Both the position numbers and the translations under genes were made by a program. From Lytechinus pictus (taxonomy: Eukaryota), in assembly GCF_037042905.1 (NCBI RefSeq), contig NC_087251.1, positions 48,548,001 through 48,612,000 on the forward strand: 64,000 nt of DNA, given 5' to 3'. Positions within the stretch are counted from its first letter, which is position 1; each line of letters opens with the position of its first letter. The notes under the pieces were generated by a model that was not told the origin of the DNA, searched no databases, and was given only the letters and a program-made list of their open reading frames with translations. Shown piece by piece: positions 25,528 through 38,600 of this stretch.

Positions 25528-27644
25528 GTGAGTACTAAATGCATTTTTTTTTTGTCAGTAAAATATTACAATTTGAAGGAAATAATCTTTCTCCCCTTTA
25601 GTAAAGATCCTAGATAAATATATTGTATGTGCGTTAGCAGTTTGTTATTCAATATAGGCATAATACCAATGCTTTCACTTTAATTCGAAGGTAAACTTGC
25701 TTTCAATGCTAAAAGTTTGCATACTCAAGCAGATACCCCAAATAACCACACCCCACATCAGGGAAAGATAAGTCAACGTTTTGCCTCCAAATCGTGATAA
25801 AACTAAATAGAAATAATTACTAGAATATTTCCCCTAATTATTCCATGGTATTATTAGTAAACGTGGTAAACATGGGAAAAATACAATGAAAAAGGTTTTT
25901 ATATTTGTGGTTTAAGTTAAAGTAGAGTTTGGAATATGGGCGGGGTTTTTTTAATAGACAGAACAGATCAGTCACTGGCATTAGGAGGGATGGGGGACAA
26001 TGGACCCTCAAATATTCCCCGACAGCCATATAAAAAGAGATAAAAAGAGACGAAAAAGGGACAAAAAAGATGAAATATGTTATATGCTTTTGAATACTCC
26101 GTAAATATCTACCACATAATCAGACTTTCCATTCGGCAGGCATGTGATTTTTTACCTCCCCCTATTCGCCATGATGAGCCGCCCTCCCCCTTTTTTTGGG
26201 GGGGAGAGGCGGGGGGCTCATTACCCCCCCCCCCCCACTGCTATCCATGATGGTTTTTTTTTTTATCTCAGAAAATATTTAAACTGTCAAACAACGTAGA
26301 AACAGTCTTCCGATGGGATATACTGATCACTCTGTGAAAATTAGTACAAAAGTGGTTGGCAACGTTGGAATTTTGCCGATTTCCTTTAATGAAAACATTG
26401 ACTCATGATAGCAGCAGACGTAAGGTCCTGTCAATTCACGTTACTATATTACTCATCCCGAGTTGACGAACTCTACTACCTCATTCCCATTCACTTAACG
26501 TGTACCAGGCTCCAATAAATTCGTGTACAGTCAGTTCGGTCTTTATTCAGCAAAAGGCACTATAGACTTAAATATGAAATATATCCCAAATTAACTCGTG
26601 AAAACGCGGTCGAAATTACTGTGTCCGTCTCATATTGTCGTCATAGGAATCCGAGCCGACAATCTTCAAAGGAAAACGAAAGGATTGCCATGGAAACCGT
26701 TGTCAAGAGTTACACTCCAGAACCCGAACCCAGTGCTGATTTCGAGACGAGCAAAATCCTGTATCGGAAGGAATTAAAGAGCGGTTTAAGAACGGGAAAA
26801 AGATGGCTGAAGACTAGGGTAAGAACAGTATCAATAACCAAATACTAATGCATGATTGTCTGTTTTAAAGAGAGGGCTGGGATTCCGGGGAGGGGGTAGG
26901 GGATATATTGGGGTAGACGTGTCAGTGCGTGTACATGTATGTCTCATAAGGAGATTTACTTGGGGGAGACCTTGTATTGGTATTGAGCTTTTGAAAAAAT
27001 GCAGTTATTGGCAGTCTTTCTATAAATTATGGGATACGACGGAAATATCGAATATTAGCCTGATTATGTAGCTGATCAAAATGGTGCGGATATGCCAAAT
27101 TTGGGAGATAGAAACAAACATGCACTTGAATATTAAAGGGAAAGGTTTGAAATTTTGATGCGATGAGATATTGATGTTTAAGATCGATTGCTGATGTTGT
27201 GTGATAAAGTATCTGGCAGTATACATTATTCGTTTGTTGATTGCAATTTAACTTGCAATATATTCCGGTTTGATTTTATTCCGGTAACAGCCTAATTTAT
27301 ATTTCCGAGTACAGTTGAACTGCAAACTAGTACATATCCGCTTCTGCCGGTCCAGGCTATTAAGCTGTTTTAAGAATAGAGAAATTGATAGAACGTTTAT
27401 TCTAGATATTGTAAGAGTCGTCTGTATAAATAACCGTATTCGATGGCGATTCTTTCATAGATGTGCAAGCAATGTTCACAATGAATACATATATAACCTA
27501 ACTAGAACCAAGTTATAAGTCTGTCAATCAGACTAGTATACTGCGAGAGCGCAAGTACTATTGCAAATAACATCAATTTATTAATAAGAACAGTATAGCA
27601 GCAGTAGCAGTAGTGATGGTAGTAATAGTAGTAACAGTAGCAGC

Positions 27645-27735
<91 letters not shown>

Positions 27736-27853
27736 GTAGTAGTGGTAGTAGCAGTAGTAGTAGTAGTAGAAGTAGTATATGTTTATTTATACAAGTACAG
27801 AAGGTTCAGTTCAGCAATCAACTACATTTTTATCAATGCCTTGATAAATAGAA

Positions 27854-27884
<31 letters not shown>

Positions 27885-28201
27885 TCAGTAATCAACTACA
27901 TTTTTATCAATGCCTTGATAAATAAAATCGCAACACCACCATGAAAAATCAAGGATTATGGTTATAGTATAAACAGTTCCTGTCTGTAGGTTATATTTAA
28001 CATAATTATATTCCCTAGAACGCAAAGTATTACAATATCAAAGTGAATCATCTATATACATCGAAAAATACAGACTATGCGTAACTCAAGGATCACTCAG
28101 TAGCCCATTTCCTTTCTCAAGAAACCATTAATATGAATTTATTCACATGTCTTCCTATTATTATTGTCATCATAATTACTGATAGCAGCAGCAGCAACAG
28201 C

Positions 28202-28256
<55 letters not shown>

Positions 28257-29652
28257 ATAGTAGAAGTAGTAGTAGAACTAGTCAGAGTAGTAATAATAAT
28301 AGTAGTATTAGGAGTAGTAGTAGCAACAGTAGTATTAGTCGTATAATTTGTTGTTGTATGGCTCGTGTAACCATCTGCCACGGACATTTTGTCTTTCTGT
28401 TACAACCAAATTAAATCATCCTTATATACTATCATGGCACCCCCATACACACACACACTCACAACCTAGCGCCACCCCTGCTTATGTCTGTTACCTGAAT
28501 GGAACATGAAAAGGGATGTATCCCTAAGTATATGTTAAGGATTATCATTTCAAATCCAATGCGTCGAACACTGCGATTTTGAAATTAGTATCGAGTTTCT
28601 CAATTGACATTGAACAAAATGCGCCGTACTCACTCAGAAGTATGTTTGGATTTGTTCGCAATAAGCGGGTAGTCAGACCTTTGTTCCCTGAAAAACTTTG
28701 ATATTTTGTTTGTAGTTCACATTTTTATAACCGCATACGTCTTTGGCAAATCGTTGCATTGTTAGAGCCAGACATTACAATGTAAGGGATGACGTAATTG
28801 TTATATTTGTAAGCATGAGGGATGAAATTGTACTTAAGGCTTTATGATTGGCCAACAAGGCGGCGCCGGGAATTTTTGAGGGGGCGGGCAAGGCGACATA
28901 ATGCCAATGGCATTTTTTTTCTAGATTTGATAAAATTGTAGAGTTGAGAAGCACAGACTTAACTCTCACCTTTTTTTTTTTCATTTTCTTCCCCCTTTTT
29001 CATTACTTGGAAATCTTGGGGGCGATCATCCCTTGTTTCCCGCAACACCAACCCTGAAGGCATACTAATCGCGGTCGTAAATATAAAGATAAATAAGTAG
29101 AATCTTGAGATAACATAATAAATTTGAATGATTATATCATTATACTTGTGAGCATGTTGTGAAGATGAACACGAGTTTCGTCGTCGGTAATGAGCATGTA
29201 TTCTTGCAGCACCTTTTGATTGTAGAGATATACAGCGTTTATTACAAAACATCATAAGGAGTGCTGATTCTTTAGATACATAATTGCTGATAGAAAAGTT
29301 CATAAATTGACTCCGTATAAACATCAAAGTAACAACACGATATGCTAGAACAATATGCATGGACCCTGTCGTACGTGATTGCTCCAGCCGCACATAGTTC
29401 TGGTCCATTTCATTTACAAATTTCAAGATTGAGAATTCTCCTGGTGTAAATTCCTAACGTACTGTTCAGAATAATGACGTCATAAATGCAAGCGTAACAC
29501 AATGGGAACATTGCAAAAAGGGCCGATACAGAAGCCTTACGAGAGCTAGCTGGCGGACAACAAACTAGAACTGGACCACAAATCTAGAACAAGATGCTGC
29601 TCCTCCTCCTGCTTCCTCACCAGTCTGTCGCTACTGCTACTGCTACTGATGC

Positions 29653-29686
<34 letters not shown>

Positions 29687-32574
29687 GCTGCTGCCGACTT
29701 TAAAGTTGGTTGGTGTAAAGGTGGTAATGGTGGATTTTAATTCATTTTTTTCCTCAAGGGATTTTATCAATTCTTCAATTCTTTTATCGTAAACTACCCA
29801 TTATAACAATCGTCACTATCATCACTCTCCCCGCTACTTCTCCACCCCCACAAACAGTACGCCTTGATTCCCAGCAATGCCTGTGCCAAGGAGGTGGTGA
29901 ATTTCCTTTTAGAGAAATGGCGGCTCCCGAAACCCAATCTCGTAATCTCGATCGTGGGAGGCACTAGCAACTTTCACATGAATATCCAGCGTCGTGAAGT
30001 CTTCCGTACTGGGATCGCCAAAGCCGCCGCTACCACTGGTGAGTATATGCTCTATAATTAGACTCATTATTGTGTGTTCATCAATTTTTTTAATATTACG
30101 TGAGCATGTTAAAGGGGTGAATAGTAGGATATTTTGGTTAACACCTGAACTTCCAAGACCGAAAATTCGTCTCACCCCGCCTCAAAAAGATATAAACAGG
30201 GGAAGATCTTATACATGTATAGGTTATTTTTAAGTCTTTGAGGGTGAGAGGTGAATGTTTACTCTACACTACCTCAACGGTTCAGCCATGGAGCTACTGA
30301 CATTAATAGCTCCATCGTTCAGCCAATCGAGGACATATACCTCTTCTGTAGACCCTGTACGCTGATTCTGTTTCCATACGAAAATCGTACGATTATCGTG
30401 CATCAATACGAAATGTGTACGATCATAGAACAAATATAAACGAGGCATATAAGGAGATCATACTACTTACAAAGTACGATCAACCAACGGAAAATCTACG
30501 ATGATTGTAGGCGTCATAAGGACAAGTGTAATCTGTTGGACCACAAGCATGACAATGTGGAGAAACTTTGTATGTTGAGGATGCGTCGGAGCAACGAAAA
30601 TCGAAAGCCCTACACCTTTAAATCTACTTTCTTGGATGGCATATTGTGAACCATGCTTCACTACCACGACGAAATCAGTCTTTTAAAAATTATATTAAAA
30701 AACAAACTTCCACCGTTCTACTTGAGAAAAGAAAGTACTCGTCTGTATCATGAAATGGATTGCATTACATTTTGATGACAATTATTTTTTCCACTTTGCT
30801 GTTTAATTAGCCGTAAGGTTTCAATCTTTCCTTTGTAGAAGTCAGTTACTTAATTACCAAATTATTTCTGCCAACTGGATCCTTATATTATAATGGGCTA
30901 CACTTGCAAAGTATGACTACAAATCAAATGATCATGGAATATGGTCGTCTCAATGTACATACTTGATCATTGTATAATTCTTTATGTCTTTACCCCCACT
31001 ATACTTTAGGAGCATGGATAATTTCAAGTGGACTCAACTGCGGTATCGTCAAGACAATTGGCGAGGCTGTGAAAGACCACGCAGTAGCTGCTGGTCGAGG
31101 TCGTAAAAAGGTCGCTGCTATCGCACTCACATCGCTCCGAGAGATCGATGGCGCACAGTCCCTCATCGACGGCGCGGAGGTAGTAAAGTGCCTCAAGCTT
31201 GATTTTGCAAAATAGGGGAGGGTTTAAGGTGTTAAGTTAACACCCTAAGTGTTTATTTGTGTGATGTGAGAAAACCCAAATGTTTGTAGAACCGGTATTC
31301 ATCTGAATACAAGGCCATCAAGTCCTTTGATTTTACGTCCTCTTGATCGATCTCACTGTCCCTTTCGTTGTTTTAAGATATTTTTTTCGTGCCCCTTTTT
31401 AATGATTCCCATTCGTACTGTAATATAGAAATGTGCCCTCAGAAACGGGGCTTTTATAGACCTGTAAAACAGGTATCTTCATTGTCACTACCACTATGGA
31501 TGTAGTCATTATAACTATTTATATTTAAAAAAAAATTATGTACTACCGTATTTCATTTAATCTGCTATCAATTTCGTTACTCATGACTGTTAGTTTATGC
31601 TTTCCTGTTGGTAACTTGGTGACAGAAATTTAAGAAAAAAGTGTTGATGTCAGAGACAGACGCATAAGTAGAAAAGGTTTAATTCATTCTAAACAAATTT
31701 AATCATTTTGAAATCAGTTTGTGTCATATATTTATTCGTATTCATTCGGGTAGGGGTTTTCAGCATAATGATTGTTAAAAAAAAACATTTTCCATCATAG
31801 AGTCAGTACTCACATTGCGTAGATTCTTCCCTGGAAATTCATTGCAATCATGTGGAAATGAAATGAAGCCATTCTCCTAAGATTATGTTATTTTCATATG
31901 ATCATACTTTCAGCACGGGCGGCCCGTGATATACGGACAGGGTTCCGAAAGAATTACACAGCAGGCCATGCTCGATCCAAATCATCCATATGCACTCCTA
32001 GTAACAGATCCAAAGAGAGATTCATCCACATCAGCATCGTCGTCGTCGTCACAGAATCATAGACAAGGCGCTGACCCGATGACTATACGAGATCAGCAGA
32101 GCTCAGAGATCAGGATTAGGAGCTTGATCGAACATGAGATCTCATCACGAAATATTACCCACAGTAGCAGTGAGTTATTATGAGAGTTTAGTTTTCATGT
32201 TATTATTTATTCTTAAACTGGAATATATTTATAGAGGTACAGAAGGATCGGCAGTCAACTACTTTTTATCAATTCCTTGATAAAGAAAATCGCAAAACGA
32301 CGATGAAAAATCAAGGATTATGGCTATAGTATTAACAGTTCCTGCCTATAGTTTATATTTAACCTAATTATATTCCCTAGAACGCAAAGTATTTAGATCA
32401 AAGTGAATCATCTATAGACACCGAAAAATAGACTGTGCGTACCTCAAGGATCACTCAGTAGCCCATTTCTGTTCTCTAGTTATCAAGAAACCATTAATAT
32501 GAATTTATTCACTTCCTATTATTATTATTATTACTATTATTATAATTTTTACTGATAGCAGCAGCAGCATCAGC

Positions 32575-32612
<38 letters not shown>

Positions 32613-32616
32613 CAGC

Positions 32617-32675
<59 letters not shown>

Positions 32676-35600
32676 TAGAAGTGGTAAGAAAAGAACTTTG
32701 GAATTCAATTGGTGCCTTCTACGGGAGAGGGGGGCTGCTCCATTGCACCTTTCAGAGTTTGTTACTTAGGTAAGTCAGAGTCAATTTTTGAACGAATAAG
32801 TCTTTCAAACATGGCGTTTTGCAAGAGAATGATATGATCAATTCCAACTTATGTCCCATAATTGTATATATTTATCATAACTATATATATTTTCCTTTAT
32901 ATTTCACTACAGCCAATGTACCAACAGTATGTTTCCTGGTGAATGGGGGACCACATCAGATACATGCAATCCACAATGCCATAGAAAATAAGACCCCTGT
33001 CGTAGTCCTTGCAGGGTCCAAGGGATGTGCTAACGTCATTGCTAAAGCTTACAGGCAGAAGTGAGTCCCAATGATTATTGGAAATCGTTTTATCAATGAT
33101 AAATGCATCTTGATAATAGACCTTACAATGGAGGTGATAATGACGATTCTATCAACGATGGATGAGATACATGTACTACTGCTAATGATTGTAGCAATAT
33201 TGAAAGGATAATAAAATTGATGATTGATAATGATAATGCTAATAATAATGATTATTATAATTATAATATATATAATTATAATATGATTATAATTATGATG
33301 ATATAATAATGGTATTTTGTAATGATTATGAATAATTTTGATGAATATAATGATGGTATTTTATTTCAAGACTGCTCGCAGCAAGAGCTGAATTGTACGA
33401 AACTTTTACATATAAAAGAATGATGATGTTCATAATAACAATGATAATAAAGATATTAATGATTAATAGTAATACTAATGATGATAATAATTATAACAAT
33501 CATCACAATTTTTCTGAAAATCATCATCATCATCAGGGGAGTAGCAGAAGAAGAAAAAAAAGAAGAAGAAAGAATTAAGAAGAAGGAGGAGGAGGAGGAG
33601 GATAGAAAATGTGAGGAGAGGATAAGAAGGAAGCAAGAGAAGGTGGAGAATAAAGAGAAGGGTGCGGGTGAAAAATGCGTTGATTTTTATTTTCTTGAGC
33701 TTTTCATCACCTTTAAACAGTGACGAGGGATCAAGTTCTCTATACAACATCGTGAGACAAGAGTTCGGTAGCAACGTCCCGCCTAACGAGATGGTCGAAC
33801 TCCTGAAGAAAGTAAACGAAATCGTCAAGAGGAAACATCTGATTACTATTTTCGATCTCGACACCGTCCCACGGATCGACATCGACGAGGCTTTCCTAAA
33901 GGCCCTCCTTAGAGGTACAGCATCATTGACAACGGTTATACATTGACACCAACGAAATCAACTCCAGGGTCTCGTAGCACAAAGGTTAGCGTTTGATCGC
34001 TAATTTCAATTCTGATTGGTTCATAGTCAGTCTACTTAGCAAAATGCGCATGCAACGATGATCTTGATTGGTCATTTCATTTAGCGATTAATTGCTAACC
34101 TTTGTGTCACAGCGCCCAGACCTATCAAATATTGTACGTTATCTCAAATGGAATGTCATCTGTCGTTTTGGAGTCGTTTCCTTGGTGTGACTGTAGCATA
34201 ATGTTTTCTATTTTATTATGGTAAAAATAATACATTTTTTTAAGTATCAAAGAAAATAAAATCATCATTCGGAATTCTGGTTGCTAAATAATACAAAAGG
34301 CATACAATTTTCTCATTATAAAGCAGTTGGTCAAAGCAGTCAGAAATGAAATTTTTGCAAGCGATTCTCTATGCTAATCTTCGAAGCTATACTGGAATTA
34401 TTGTATCTTATTGGATGGAACAATTGGACTTGATGCTTAGTTATAATCGTGTAGAAGAATATCGTCACGATTAGTGGAATTGACTACAATGTACAATCGG
34501 GCGTGAAAATCAGGAGTAAGATCAATCATTTGTGTTATGGGACCCTGACATTTTCCACCAGGTTCACAAGGATCGGGAAAGAAAGACCAGCTTCATATGG
34601 CAGTAGTCTGGAGGAGAGTGACATTGGCACAGAGTCAGCTTCTATCGCAATACAAGTGGAAAGTAAGTCGATATTACTGCTATAACAGAGCTTTCGCAAG
34701 TTGGAAAAAATATTCGACTTCACACAGACATTTGAAGAGAACAGTTTGCTATTATTTTTTATTTCCATCCATCGGCTGTAATTAACATTATTGGAGAGTA
34801 CACTTGCATATAAGCGATACATTATATGATAATTATGCATACTGAGTAGATGGTAAAAAAACAATATTTCAAACATACGGTTAGGATTTTTTAAAAAGGA
34901 AAGAAAGAAAGATAGAAAGAAAGAAAAACAAGGGATTGAGGAAATACGTTCAATCAATTTTGTGATGATTCCAAGAGCATTATCCAAACGTAGCAGCAAA
35001 AAATCAGATTAAATAAAGTTTGTTTTGTTTGTTTGTTTTATTTTTATTTCTGCGTTCACAATACATTATCATAAATATTTACATTGTTTGTAATATACAA
35101 AATAATTCATAATGCATACAATATAAACATAATACATAATTTGAAGGAAAAAATGGTGTGGGCATATACTTCACATTTTGATAATAAAAAAGGAACATTA
35201 ACAAAATTTAAATGAACGCAGGAGACCGCCATCGTGAGCGGTTAAGCTTGTAATTGATGGCGGCCTCATAAAAAGGGTTCGTGACTATGATTGGTATAAT
35301 TACTGAACAAGTGGGTGCAATGCAGGTGCAGGTGCGGGTGCAGAAGATAGCTGTAGAATTTATATTTTTTATTTAATTTATAGTTGTAAATGAAGATTAA
35401 TTTGAAGGTTGGGATGAATAAGATCGAATGATATTTCTTTTAACAGTTGATTTTAAAGAGTATAAAGTGGAACAAGATTTAATATTTTCTGCAAGATTAT
35501 TCCAAATGTCTGGACCATGATGTCGAATTGATTTAGAGGTAATTAACAGTCTGGGGTTTGTGAGATGAAAGTTTCCAGATGTACGAGTTGGGTAGGTATG

Positions 35601-38600
35601 GACAGAACTATTGAACTTAAACATATCATCAAAAGACGAAGGGAGTAGGTTATTAATATACTTAAACATAATGATAGCTACTTGAAGAGTATACAAGTCG
35701 GCAACTTTTAGTGTTTTCTGTTTGAAAAATAATGGATCAGTGTGAGCCAAGTAATGAGATCCTGTACAAATGCGAACAACTCTCTTTTGTAATTTGAAAA
35801 TAGAAGTCAGCTTTGTTGAGCCACAATTAGCCCAAACAACGTTACAATAAGTAATATACGGGAGTACTAAGGAATTGTACAATAGGAATAAAGTTTTAAG
35901 AGGCAAAATAAATTTTAACTTAGAAATAATTCCAATGCTTCTCGAAATACACATTGTAATATGGTGCAGATGCTCATTCCAAGATAAAGCTTCATCTATG
36001 ATAACCCCTAAAAATTTAGAGTGAGTTTTCCGTTCTAATGATTTGCCGTCAATCTGTAGGTGAAATTGAGTGTTAGAAATATGAGAGTGATGTTTAAAAT
36101 ATATGTAGTGAGTTTTTTGTGTGTTCAAAGATAATTTGTTAGCTTTGAACCATTGTGATACTTTGTTTATTTCATGATTTAAAATATTGTATAACGAAGT
36201 AGGATTTGTATGAGAAAAAAAAATATTTGTGTCGTCGGCGAATAATACAAAAGATAAAATTGATGATGTATTAATAATGTCATTGATATATAGTAAAAAT
36301 AATAGTGGGCCTAATATGGAGCCTTGAGGGACACCACAACGAACTAAAAGTGAGTCAGAGTCATAACCATTAAATGCGACGTATTGTTTTCGATTTCTTA
36401 AGTAATCTTTAAACCAAAGGAGGGATTGACCTCGTACGCCATAATAATTAAGTTTTGAGAGTAGAATGTCGTGATTAAGTGTATCAAATGCCTTACTAAG
36501 GTCACAAAATATGCCAATGACATGTTCTTTATTTGCAATGGCGTTTGTAATTTTATCATAGATTTGGATTAAAGCCAAGTTTGTTGAGTAATTTTTCCTA
36601 AAGCCATATTGATTAGAATTTAGCAGATTGTGTTTGCTGATGAATTTATAAAGTCTGTTATATACTATTTTTTCTAAGATTTTTGATATAGTTGGGAGAA
36701 GAGAAATGGGGCGATAATTATTAATTTCATGAGGATTGTCTTTTTTGAAAATTGGATTTACTTTGGCGATTTTGAATAAGTCAGGAAATACTCCTTGTGA
36801 TAATGATTTATTAAAAATGTTACTAGCAAGTGGGTGAATTATTTCTTTTAGTGTATGAAATGATTGAACTTAGCAAGTATAAAGCTTGTAGTACTTAGTT
36901 ACAAATTATTCCGTAAATCTTTCAGCGAAAATTATATTTAAAGTAGCAAAATATAAGAATTCTAAACAAATTTCTTTTATTTGCAAGTTAACCTATATAT
37001 AACTAAGTTATTATTATTTCGGGTTTAGAATTCCTCTCCGATATTATATTTTTTGGATACAACAATCAAACACTCTTCCCCACGCATTTATCATTTAATT
37101 CATTACCAATTATTCTCATTTTCCTCACATCACCCTTCCAACCCCTTTTCTATAGTCGTCAGAACTATTTGAGGCACTCCGCATTGCGTTGGTTAACGAC
37201 CAGACAGACTTTATACGTCTCTTTCTCGATATCAACGTCAAGCTTGAAGACTATCTCCACGCCGGTGAACTCCGGCGACTTTACAATGAGGTATAACCCC
37301 TCCCCTCATGGAGAGACTTATTTTCAGTGATAACTGCTTTTACAAATCCTCGTATCTGATTGGCTGAGAGCAAATTGGATAGTGACAATTAAGGACGAAA
37401 CTCTTCATGGAACGCACCCTTAACCTACTTGACCTGAATTCCATAACAGAACTGTTGTGGTTTTTAGTAGGACATTTTAACGAAATAATCATAATTTTGG
37501 CCTCTCGCCGCTCACCTATTGTTCTTTGGCGCTGAAACACATTTCCCTTGGTGAATGATAAACCTATTGCGATAGCTTAGACTGCAGTTGATTTATTAAA
37601 TTGAGAAGAGTCATCATCTTTGTAAAGGCAATGTTTTATATAGTCACGATAGTGTTTATAATAAAGGTTATTCAAATAGAGAGAGTTGGTACATAAAAAT
37701 AAATATCGTAATTATAATTTACCGGAATTAAATATAAAAAAAATATCGACTTTTTCATTCCTTCTTTAAATGCGTATCATAGACACCATGCCTGACTGAA
37801 TAAAATAATCAGGAAAAACATCCAACGGTGCAAATGGTTGAAGTGAATGGAAACTGATCAGTCAGTCAGGAAAACTCAGCCTCGTATTCGTATAACATAC
37901 AAAGAACTATTCAACATTATCATGCCCAATTACAAAGAAATCACTCGGCTGAGGCATCAGTGAAGGTTTCATGTCGGTCGTATTTGCTCAAACGTGGGAA
38001 AAGTGGAACTTTTTATTTCTTTTTTAAAGATTTTTTATTGCTTTTCTCTCAAATCAAATCCATACTATACTATTCATGATTGCTATGCTTGTTATTTCTA
38101 TGAATGTTGAAAATCAATACAATACAATTCACAAAGGAATTCTAATCTGTCTTCGATATCAATTAATTGAATTATGCGTGGTGTCAGAGGTACAAAGAAG
38201 GTATCAATAAAATGCTGGAGGTTTCCTCTTTCATATTCTGGTAAATTTTAATTGTGATACTTTCGAAAGTCCCTTGCATAATGGTTAGTCGCGTGTATTT
38301 GAGTGTCCGAAAGTCCCCACATTCTTTCAGCCAGAACCAGTTATTTAAAAATTATGAATACAATACAACAACAACAAAAAATAATAATATAAATGCCCCA
38401 CAATCTTATTAATGTTGAATAACATGGAAATATAGCGTAGTCTTTCCTCCAAACCCTGTTATTCCAAAATTATAAATAACAGTTTAAAAGACAGTATCAT
38501 CTTATTAATGCTGAATAACATAGAAATATAGCGTACTCTTTCCTCAAGACCCACAAATCATTAAAAAATATAGATAATGGTAAAACAAAGACCCCCATCC

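Noticed and set aside
27613..28414. Poly-Val, poly-Ser and poly-Thr ORFs (likewise 29546-29770, 32505-32708, 54702-54971)
   Set aside because: Microsatellite translations.
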